A stretch of DNA of 29,803 nucleotides, taken from an uncultured Thermodesulfatator sp. GTDB lineage: Bacteria; Desulfobacterota; Dissulfuribacteria; Dissulfuribacterales; QOAL01. The DNA lies in contig CAZOMT010000007.1 in assembly GCA_964581255.1 (NCBI GenBank), positions 1 through 29,803 of the forward strand, in the 5' to 3' direction. The translations under genes and the position numbers were made by a program. The notes beneath the pieces were generated by a model. The model did no database searches. It was not told the origin of the DNA and saw nothing but the letters and a program-made list of their open reading frames with translations. Of the stretch, positions 9,743 to 16,918 are shown one piece after another (positions within the stretch are counted from its first letter, which is position 1; every line of letters begins with the position of its first letter).

Positions 9743-10483
9743 TTATACATTAAGGTGAGACCTTGCTGGCCTCACAGCTATGATGGTTATATTATCCCTT
9801 CCCCCAGCCTCATTTGCCTCTTTGACTAAAATGTCGCAGGCCTCTTGAAGATCATCTGCCTGTTCCATCAAGACTTTTTCTATTTCCTCGTCCTTAAGCA
9901 TGTCTGTCAGTCCATCGGTGCAAAGGATTAACAGCTCACCTGAATAGGCGATTTCCTTGGTTTCTACCTCAACAGCAGGATTTATCCCCAATGCCCGTGA
10001 GATAGTATTGGCCCTTGGGTGGAGCCTGGCTTCCTCCTCAGAGATTTCTCCCTGTGATATAAGCTGAAATACCAAAGAATGATCGTTTGTCAGCCGTTTC
10101 AGTCCCTTTTGTGTAAGCATGTAGGCCCGGCTATCTCCCACATGGGCCAGAAGAAGCCTGCCCTCCCTTATTACTGAAACGACTACTGTGGTTCCCATGC
10201 CATAGAGCGAAGGATCCTCTATTGATTTCTGGTACACTATCTTGTTTGCTTCTTCTACCACCATTTCAAGATCCTTCAGCGTTATCTGCCCATCTGCCAA
10301 GGGGGCAAGAAGACGTGAAATCTCATCTACTGCCAGAGTGCTTGCCACTTCTCCAGCCTGGTGCCCCCCCATTCCATCTGCCACGATAAAAAAAACTCTA
10401 TCCTGTTCCACACAAAAGGCATCTTCGTTATTGATCCTCAATTTGCCCTTATCGCTATTAGCTCCAACTTCAAGCCGAATCAA
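9743..10483 (-). CDS. PP2C-family Ser/Thr protein phosphatase
   Basis: Motifs present: NNEDAF, VADGMGGHQAGEVAS, CTDGLTD and GGRDNITIIAV. A TTG start at 10483 lies 2 nt after the FHA gene stop. There is no in-frame ATG upstream of the conserved N-terminal block. Confidence 0.85.
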   Translation of the reverse strand: MIRLEVGANSDKGKLRINNEDAFCVEQDRVFFIVADGMGGHQAGEVASTLAVDEISRLLAPLADGQITLKDLEMVVEEANKIVYQKSIEDPSLYGMGTTVVVSVIREGRLLLAHVGDSRAYMLTQKGLKRLTNDHSLVFQLISQGEISEEEARLHPRANTISRALGINPAVEVETKEIAYSGELLILCTDGLTDMLKDEEIEKVLMEQADDLQEACDILVKEANEAGGRDNITIIAVRPARSHLNV

Positions 10484-10485
10484 TT

Positions 10486-10839
10486 TCAGGCTCCAAGAAA
10501 TTTCAGCCAGATGGATCGTCCAAGCACAATAATATCTCCTGGACTTACAGCTACCTTGTCTCCAGGGATTGGTGGACTATCATTTTTCTTCCAGATCTCT
10601 GTTTCTGTTCCATCCGTAGCAATTATCAAGGTGCCATTAGTGCTTCCCTTGCCATCGTTTCCGGTGTCAATGACAAAGTAGTTTTCCTTTACATGATCAA
10701 TTACTGCATGTCTCTGGCTGACCATCCCAGCATAGCCAATGGGTATGTCATTTTGGGCTCCGCGGCCAAGGGTCACCCTGTCCCTATTTATTTCTACCTT
10801 TTGGGCATCTTCAGGCCCAAACATCACCTCAAATCTCAT
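10486..10839 (-). CDS. FHA-domain protein (phosphothreonine-binding)
   Basis: 117 aa containing VTLGRGAQNDIPI...VSQRHAVI...GSTNGTLI, the canonical FHA G-R / S-x-x-H / N-G signature. Its start overlaps the upstream kinase stop by 11 nt. Confidence 0.85.
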   Translation of the reverse strand: MRFEVMFGPEDAQKVEINRDRVTLGRGAQNDIPIGYAGMVSQRHAVIDHVKENYFVIDTGNDGKGSTNGTLIIATDGTETEIWKKNDSPPIPGDKVAVSPGDIIVLGRSIWLKFLGA

Positions 10840-12136
10840 TTTTTTTCATCTCCATTATGATTTCCTTGGGTTCTACTCCCCTTTTTCTTAAAAGCCAGGA
10901 AAAGAAGGTCTCCTGCTCAAGGAGATAAAAGGTGAATTCCTTAATTCCCACCCCTTGTGGAAAACGTTCCTTTACTCTCCTTAGTAGGTCTTCCAGTCGC
11001 ATGGACACGGCGCGTGCACTGGGAAAGTATTCGATTCGCTTAAGGCCATTAAAGATCTCCTTTCGTATAAGCTCTGGTGCCACTTTCATCATTAAGAGTG
11101 TAAAAGAAAGGGTGGATTCCCGTTCAAGAAGTGTCCATAGCACATGCTCAAGCCCAAGATAGCAGTTTGAGACCTTTTGCTGTGTAACCGTGAGGCTGAA
11201 GAATAATGCCCTTGTCAGGGTCTGCTGCAAGTCATCTTTAAGGCCGATAAAGAGCTCTTCTTTTTCCTTATCCCATTTTTCAAGAAAGGCATTTTCCCTG
11301 TCTGTCTTGAGTAGGGTCTTACCTGGCGAGACAGACAAATCAGCATGTCGAGGTTTTTCTGTATTCCAGTACACAGTTGAGATATTCATGCTCAGCAGCC
11401 TGACACAATCCCTTGCCAACTCTTCAGCAGAACAGCGTTTTTCAGGTACTATGTTACAGGCCTTTTGAATAATTTCTTTCAGATGGTCTGGGATATTGAA
11501 AAAATCTATACTTTCATGCGGTAGGACCTCCTTTGGCCTGCCTCCCAGCATTTCATACAAACATACGCCAAGACTGTATACGTCGCTTGCAGGTGAGTGA
11601 TTTGCTCCCTGGAATATCTCAGGAGCGGTGTATGTTTGTTTAAACGGAATGCTCCTAAATTCTTCTGCCTTTGAGGCAAACCCCATATCCCCCAATTTGG
11701 GTAAACCAGAAGCATCAAAAAATATGTTCTCCGGACACACATCCCTATGGATCATACCTATGGCGTGCATATCACCTAAGGCACAAGCTATTGAATATAG
11801 AACCTGTATCGCATCGTTCACTTCCATACCACATTGGATCCTCTGTCTGAGATCTCCTCCTTCCATATATTCTAAAAGTATATGAAGGTAAGGGGACGAA
11901 AACTCGCTTGCTCCCAGAAATTTCACGAAATAGGGTTTATTGCTGAAAAGGCCCATTATCATGACTTCATTAAAGAAATCTGTATAATCAAGCTCTGGGG
12001 AATATAGCTTTAATGCTACGAGGCCAAGCCTTTTGCAATCGGCAAGATAGACTTGGGAAAAGCCTCCCTTCCCAAGAGATCTTATTATTACACAGTCACC
12101 AATTTTGTCTCCGATGCTCAAGAGATATTCATCCAT
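10829..12136 (-). CDS. Hanks-type Ser/Thr kinase with atypical catalytic motifs, fused to a C-terminal Clp_N-like double repeat
   Basis: G-loop LGKGGFSQV, VALK lysine, catalytic loop HRDVCPEN (Cys where Lys is usual), DMG instead of DFG, and YTAPE. The C-terminal ~135 aa (about 10832-11235) has two repeats: YLGLEHVLWTLLERES...VAPELIRKEI and IKEFTFYLLEQETFFSWLLRKRGVEPKEI. These match the Clp N-domain repeat pattern (EHLLLALL...L...GV....L). Confidence 0.75.
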   Translation of the reverse strand: MDEYLLSIGDKIGDCVIIRSLGKGGFSQVYLADCKRLGLVALKLYSPELDYTDFFNEVMIMGLFSNKPYFVKFLGASEFSSPYLHILLEYMEGGDLRQRIQCGMEVNDAIQVLYSIACALGDMHAIGMIHRDVCPENIFFDASGLPKLGDMGFASKAEEFRSIPFKQTYTAPEIFQGANHSPASDVYSLGVCLYEMLGGRPKEVLPHESIDFFNIPDHLKEIIQKACNIVPEKRCSAEELARDCVRLLSMNISTVYWNTEKPRHADLSVSPGKTLLKTDRENAFLEKWDKEKEELFIGLKDDLQQTLTRALFFSLTVTQQKVSNCYLGLEHVLWTLLERESTLSFTLLMMKVAPELIRKEIFNGLKRIEYFPSARAVSMRLEDLLRRVKERFPQGVGIKEFTFYLLEQETFFSWLLRKRGVEPKEIIMEMKKNEI

Positions 12137-12151
12137 CCTCCACCTTCAAGG

Positions 12152-12181
12152 TTGCAATTTATTATCTAATTATGTTATAAT
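12152..12181 (+). promoter_or_regulatory. Putative sigma70-type promoter in the divergent intergenic region
   Basis: TTGCAA (12152-12157), 18-nt spacer, TATAAT (12176-12181). It sits in a 92-bp AT-rich gap between divergent kinase genes, ~48 nt upstream of ATG 12229. This is sequence pattern only. Confidence 0.35.
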
Positions 12182-12228
12182 GAATTTTATCATTTTTTAA
12201 CAAAATAAAGCAAGTAGATTTGTTCCTT

Positions 12229-15200
12229 ATGAAGGTGCGGCAAGATGTAGGAACTGATGTATCAGTTGCTTTCTGTAGTACACATTCGTGGTTTTCAGAA
12301 AGCGGCATTATCTATCCAATCAATATCCAGGTCTCATCTAATGGCGCGGATATTCCTATCAGCTACCGTATAGGCTCTCCAATCAAGGGTACTTTCCTTA
12401 GGGTGGGTGACCCAATCGGAGGAAACAGGTGGCGAGTTCTTAAGCGCCTGGGATCAGGCACAACAGGCGTTGTCTATCTTGCTTTATCCCAGACAAATGG
12501 AGAACTGGTTGCTGTTAAAACAATAAAGCAGGATCTTGCAGTCGGGTCTGAGTCCGACATTAGCGACTTTTTTTATTATGAAGCCCTTGCCTGGACACAG
12601 GTAGGACGTCATCCAAATGTCTTATGGGCCAGAGATGTGGTAAGTGTTGCCAAGAAGGTATGGGTGAGCATGGATTATATTCCTGCTCCAAAGGGGCTGT
12701 ATGGAAGTTCGCTTCGCAATTGGATCAAGTTTCGACGTCCTTTCAGCCTGAAGCAGATTCTTCTTTGGGCAGTCCAATTTTGCCTTGGGATGGAACACGC
12801 ATTGCGAAACGGGATTAAGTGTCACAGGGATATAAAACCTGGAAATATCCTCATAGATCCGGAGAAAAGGGTAAAGATAGCTGACTTCGGCCTGGCTGTA
12901 TATACGGATAGAAGAAGGTCAGGAGTCGTAAGGTGTGGCACCCCCCAATATATGTCTCCGGAACAGTTCGAAGGTGTGGACGAGGTGGATGTGCGAAGCG
13001 ATATATACAGCTTCGGTGTGGTCTTATTCGAGATGTCCACAGGAAACCTTCCCGTTTCACCACCCCCGCATTTAAAAGAACAATACTTCCTTGCCCACCC
13101 AGATTTTCGGAGGCTCTCATGGGAGCTTTGGCGCAAGGTACACAGGGAACAATCCCCTGCCAACATTGGCGGGCCTTTGGGGCCGATCATACTCAAATGT
13201 CTTGAGAAGGCCCCACACCACAGGTTTCAGAGCTTTGCCGAGCTACGCAGTGCGCTCTTGCAGCTTTGCCGCAGGCTGGGTATCGCTGTTGAGTTACCTG
13301 AGGTTACAGGACCTTCAACACATGAACTTAACGTCAGTGGAGTCCAGCTACTGGCGCTTGAGATGTTTGATGAGGCCATGGGATATTTTGACAAGACCCT
13401 TGAGCGAGAAACAATGAACATGCACGCCATAAATGGTAAAGGCCTTTGTCTTTATTACCTTGGTCAACATGAAAAAGCCATCAAGTGCTTTCAGAAGGTC
13501 CTTGATCAAGACGGTCAGGATATTTGTGCCCTGGTGGGAAAGGGACTTTGCCTACAGGGCAAAGGTGATTTCGAGCAGGCTGGAAAGTTTTTTCAAGAGG
13601 CGCTTTACGTAAATTCTTCTCTACCCCATGTATGGTATCACATGGGCGAGAACTTTTTGGGCCTTGGGCAGCAGAGGAAGGCAAGGAAATGTTATTTAAA
13701 GGCTCTTAGTCTTCTTGTAGCCCTTAAATGCCAAGACGAGGCCTGTACGCTGATAAAGTCCATTGAAAGATACTTTCCGGGTGACATCCAGCTTATGCTG
13801 TTTCACATCTGGGCGCATAGGTTAAGAGGACAGGTGGAAAACAAACTGATGGATTATTTGTCTATAACCAAAGACAGTTTTGTCGCCCCTGAGGATGATC
13901 CTGAATTTGCCGGGATACTTGCTGGAACATATAAAAGGTTATGGGCTGCAGCACCTGAAAAAAACATGGATAAACTTGAAGAGGCCTATAGGCTCTACCA
14001 TACCGCATGGCTTGGCTCTGGCAAGACCAATACCTATGTGGGCATCAACGCGGCTACACTTGCCCTGTTTCTTGGAAGAGCCGAGGAGTCGAGAGAGACC
14101 GCCAGAGAAATAAAAAAGATATATGAAAACCGCAGCCTCAATGACCTTACAGATTCTGAATCTTCATATTCAAGCTATTGGGATCGGGCGACCCTTGCTG
14201 AAGCTGAACTTCTTCTAGGACACCTTGGCAAGGCACGGCGCATCTACCAGGAAGTCATGGACCTTTACAGGGAAAAAAGGACCTATGTGGATAGCTCAAT
14301 GGATCAGATAGACCTAATCCTTCCTCGCCTTGGATTGTCGCTGAATGCAATAGATTTCTGTGGCCAGCAACCCAGCTCGCCTGGGGTAAGAAGTGTGAGA
14401 TTTGGGATTACTGGCCACAGGGCACTGGAGGATCCAGCCAGGGTTTCAGAGGGTCTAAAGATAGCTGTTGAGACCATCAGGCGTAAACTTCCCCCTGATA
14501 CCGTCTTTGAGATCATCTCACCTCTGGAAGAGGGTGCTGACAGGATTGCGGCAAATGTTATGTTGAAAGAATTTCAAGCCTTGCTTTGGGCAGTCTTGCC
14601 ATTTGATCCAAAGGATTACATGGCACATTTTGGTGGCAGTAATTCCCAATCCACAAAGGAATTCAGGAAATTTCTTAATCAGGCCGAAGAACTGACTATA
14701 CTATCTCCAGCAAACGATATGAACGAGGCCTACAGCAATGCTGGACGGTATGTAGTGGACAACTGCGACATCCTTATAGCCGTATGGGATGGCAAGAAGG
14801 CCAGGGGAGAAGGTGGGACTGAAGAAATCGTAGCCTATGCCAGGGACAAAGGGCAACCGCTTATCTGGATTGAATCCGTCCCCCCCTGTGGCATTCATTT
14901 TGAGAGATTAGACAGGCTTAACACTTTAGACTTTACAAAAAGGAATTTTGATATGTACAAACCAAAACCTATTGACACCTCCAATATCCATCTGTCTGAT
15001 GATCTTCTTGAGCTTACGGAGCTTCTTGCTGAAAACGCCCATGAGAACTGGGCAAAAAAGCGTATGGATGAAGGCTGGACTTATGGCCCCGAGCGGGATG
15101 ATGCCGCAAAGAAACACCCAGACCTTATACCATATACAGAGCTTTCTGCATCAGAGAAGGAATACGACCGCAAGATGGCCCTTGAAACCCTGAAGGCAAT

Positions 15201-15234
15201 AATCGCATTAGGATACAAGATCTGGAAAGAATAG
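12229..15234 (+). CDS. Multidomain Ser/Thr kinase: kinase - TPR - DUF4071-like helical region - SLOG (YpsA-like) - RyR domain
   Basis: Start is ATG 12229, with an alternative TTG at 12220.
- Kinase (~12429-13270): LGSGTTGVVY, VAVK, HRDIKPGN (12823), DFG, GTPQYMSPE.
- TPR-like repeats: ~13320-13720.
- Helical region (~13750-14290): AGTYKRLW...YVGINAATLALFLG, resembling the MAP3K-TRAF-binding/DUF4071 signature.
- SLOG/YpsA-like (~14386-14880): GITGHR, SPLEEGADRIAANV, AVLPF, DILIAVWDGKKARGEGGTEEIVAYA.
- RyR repeat (~15025-15210): AENAHENWAKKRMDEGWTYGPERDDAAKKHPDLIPYTELSASEKEYDR. Confidence 0.75.
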   Translation: MKVRQDVGTDVSVAFCSTHSWFSESGIIYPINIQVSSNGADIPISYRIGSPIKGTFLRVGDPIGGNRWRVLKRLGSGTTGVVYLALSQTNGELVAVKTIKQDLAVGSESDISDFFYYEALAWTQVGRHPNVLWARDVVSVAKKVWVSMDYIPAPKGLYGSSLRNWIKFRRPFSLKQILLWAVQFCLGMEHALRNGIKCHRDIKPGNILIDPEKRVKIADFGLAVYTDRRRSGVVRCGTPQYMSPEQFEGVDEVDVRSDIYSFGVVLFEMSTGNLPVSPPPHLKEQYFLAHPDFRRLSWELWRKVHREQSPANIGGPLGPIILKCLEKAPHHRFQSFAELRSALLQLCRRLGIAVELPEVTGPSTHELNVSGVQLLALEMFDEAMGYFDKTLERETMNMHAINGKGLCLYYLGQHEKAIKCFQKVLDQDGQDICALVGKGLCLQGKGDFEQAGKFFQEALYVNSSLPHVWYHMGENFLGLGQQRKARKCYLKALSLLVALKCQDEACTLIKSIERYFPGDIQLMLFHIWAHRLRGQVENKLMDYLSITKDSFVAPEDDPEFAGILAGTYKRLWAAAPEKNMDKLEEAYRLYHTAWLGSGKTNTYVGINAATLALFLGRAEESRETAREIKKIYENRSLNDLTDSESSYSSYWDRATLAEAELLLGHLGKARRIYQEVMDLYREKRTYVDSSMDQIDLILPRLGLSLNAIDFCGQQPSSPGVRSVRFGITGHRALEDPARVSEGLKIAVETIRRKLPPDTVFEIISPLEEGADRIAANVMLKEFQALLWAVLPFDPKDYMAHFGGSNSQSTKEFRKFLNQAEELTILSPANDMNEAYSNAGRYVVDNCDILIAVWDGKKARGEGGTEEIVAYARDKGQPLIWIESVPPCGIHFERLDRLNTLDFTKRNFDMYKPKPIDTSNIHLSDDLLELTELLAENAHENWAKKRMDEGWTYGPERDDAAKKHPDLIPYTELSASEKEYDRKMALETLKAIIALGYKIWKE

Positions 15235-15252
15235 GCCGGTACAGATGGTCTA

Positions 15253-15281
15253 TTGACAATTTGCCTATCAAAGACTACAAG
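15253..15281 (+). promoter_or_regulatory. Possible internal promoter upstream of the TIR gene
   Basis: TTGACA (15253-15258), 17-nt spacer, TACAAG (15276-15281; 4/6 match to TATAAT). It lies in the 93-bp gap after the kinase stop. The -10 element is weak, so this is tentative. Confidence 0.2.
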
Positions 15282-15327
15282 TCGTTTTTATAGTCTTTAG
15301 TATAGCCACGCCTTGGGAGGGGAGGAG

Positions 15328-16371
15328 ATGGGTTCATATCGGATATTCATCAGCTATTCCCACGAAGACAGAGGCCTGGTTGAGACTGTTGTCGGCATCT
15401 TAGAGGAAAATGGTCTTAGACCAATGTGGGATGCGGGTTTTACGTGGGGCCTGGGCTTTCACGAACAGATAAAGGATTTTATTGCCCATGCCCACGTATT
15501 CATTCCCATCATAACCAAGACCTCAAGCAACAGAGGTTGGGTGCATCAAGAGATTGGTTATGCCTTGGCTTTGAACATCCCGATTCTTCCCTTGACTGTT
15601 GGGGAAGTTCCTCCTGGTCAGATGCTTCAGCACCTGCAGTCTATATCATGGGACGGTAACGACATAAAAGGCCTAAAGATACAACTCACTAAGGCTACGT
15701 TTGATTCCTTAGTTAAGATTATCGGTCGGAACTCCCGTGCCCTGTTCGAATGTGCAGAACACCATGAAGAACGTACCTCCATGATCATCGAGTATGCCAC
15801 TAAGGTACGCAACATGAATGCCTATGGCCATGTCCGTTTGAAAGGTGCATTGAGTTCTTTTCAGATCCCAGACAAACCCTGTTTTCACCCTGCATGGAAG
15901 GAACGTTACAACTATGAGCCCAACCGTTATCATTGCCAGCAGCTTCGCAGGGAACGAAAGGTTCTGGAAGAACATGCCAGGGAGAAGGGTTGCAGCCTTA
16001 TAATTGATCCATATGTTGATTACAGAAATTATGGAGTTTCAGCAAGAAGGGCCCGTCTTGAGACACTCCTTGAATTTCTGGAGTCCATAGATGCTGAAAA
16101 GATCCGTGTTGCCATCCATAAGGACATGCCAAAAGGCCAGAATCTGACCATTGTTGGAGACTGGTTTGCTGCTGAAGCTGTTTCAGTGGCAGTGGGAGGA
16201 GGGTATCAACAGACCATTTTTACGCGGCATGCACCTACTATCCGGGAGCAGATCAAGATATTTGACGAGGAGCTGGAATTTGTGCTCAAGAGTAATGGAA
16301 TTGATGTGGACTCTTCAAGGGATGAAGCTATAGCCTGTATAAAGAAAATACTTGAAGGAATACCTAAGTAA
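15328..16371 (+). CDS. TIR-domain protein with an uncharacterised ~220-aa C-terminal domain
   Basis: ATG 15328 has GGAGG (15316-15320) 7 nt upstream; the ORF track's TTG 15313 is less likely. N-terminus YRIFISYSHEDRGLVE...HVFIPIITKTSSNRGWVHQEIGYALAL is a bacterial TIR pattern (FISYSH.D ... W...E). It includes the glutamate at the position of the TIR NADase catalytic Glu. I see no recognisable motifs in the C-terminal region. Confidence 0.8.
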   Translation: MGSYRIFISYSHEDRGLVETVVGILEENGLRPMWDAGFTWGLGFHEQIKDFIAHAHVFIPIITKTSSNRGWVHQEIGYALALNIPILPLTVGEVPPGQMLQHLQSISWDGNDIKGLKIQLTKATFDSLVKIIGRNSRALFECAEHHEERTSMIIEYATKVRNMNAYGHVRLKGALSSFQIPDKPCFHPAWKERYNYEPNRYHCQQLRRERKVLEEHAREKGCSLIIDPYVDYRNYGVSARRARLETLLEFLESIDAEKIRVAIHKDMPKGQNLTIVGDWFAAEAVSVAVGGGYQQTIFTRHAPTIREQIKIFDEELEFVLKSNGIDVDSSRDEAIACIKKILEGIPK

Positions 16372-16918
16372 CTGTGGTGAAATCTACAATAATATCTTAA
16401 CAAATGGTTTTTTAGTGCACTTTTTAAGTAGGTGTTGTTATGAAAACCATGACGTTTACTGATTTCCTCAAAAAGGCCTAAAGTTTCATAATCGAGTGTA
16501 ACATGGTGAGACACTTGTGCATTCGTCATGGAAAACAAGTAGCCAAAGTAATACCGTTTTTTGATAACTCCCAACGGATACCTTCATAGGAATAACCGGG
16601 AATCCGTTTGCGAATAAGAGAGCTATCCTCTGCTATTCTGGAAGATCGTGAGACTGGCAGATGAAACTGACAACTGATTTGCCCGCTAAAATCTTTTATC
16701 GCAGTATGCATCAGAATTAGCGCTCAGCGTTATATTAGGTGACCAAGATTATTTCTATCTTTATATAGCAGACAGTCAGACGCTATTCCACTACTAATTC
16801 CTAACTCCCTCTATTGAACATTTCCTATCTTCCTAACTCCTGGAGAATAAATTCAAGCGAGAACTTTTTACCTGACCACTATTATAATATAATAAAATAA
16901 TCATAGGAGGCCTAGATC

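Noticed and set aside
12622-13684. Multiple 64-124-aa ORFs on both strands inside the 1004-aa kinase gene
   Set aside because: They fall within a region whose plus-strand frame encodes canonical kinase subdomains and TPRs. None has motifs or start signals.
16414-16421. Palindrome AGTGCACT flanked by T-runs just after the TIR gene, considered as a terminator
   Set aside because: It is a perfect 8-nt palindrome with no loop, so it cannot form a stable terminator hairpin. It may be a protein-binding or restriction-type site, but there is no further support.
16440-16481. 13-codon plus-strand ORF (MKTMTFTDFLKKA) as a possible leader peptide in the 547-bp gap
   Set aside because: It is too short and ~440 nt upstream of the MoxR start, with no attenuator-like structure that I can see. 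It is also the antisense of the RHH-like ORF region.
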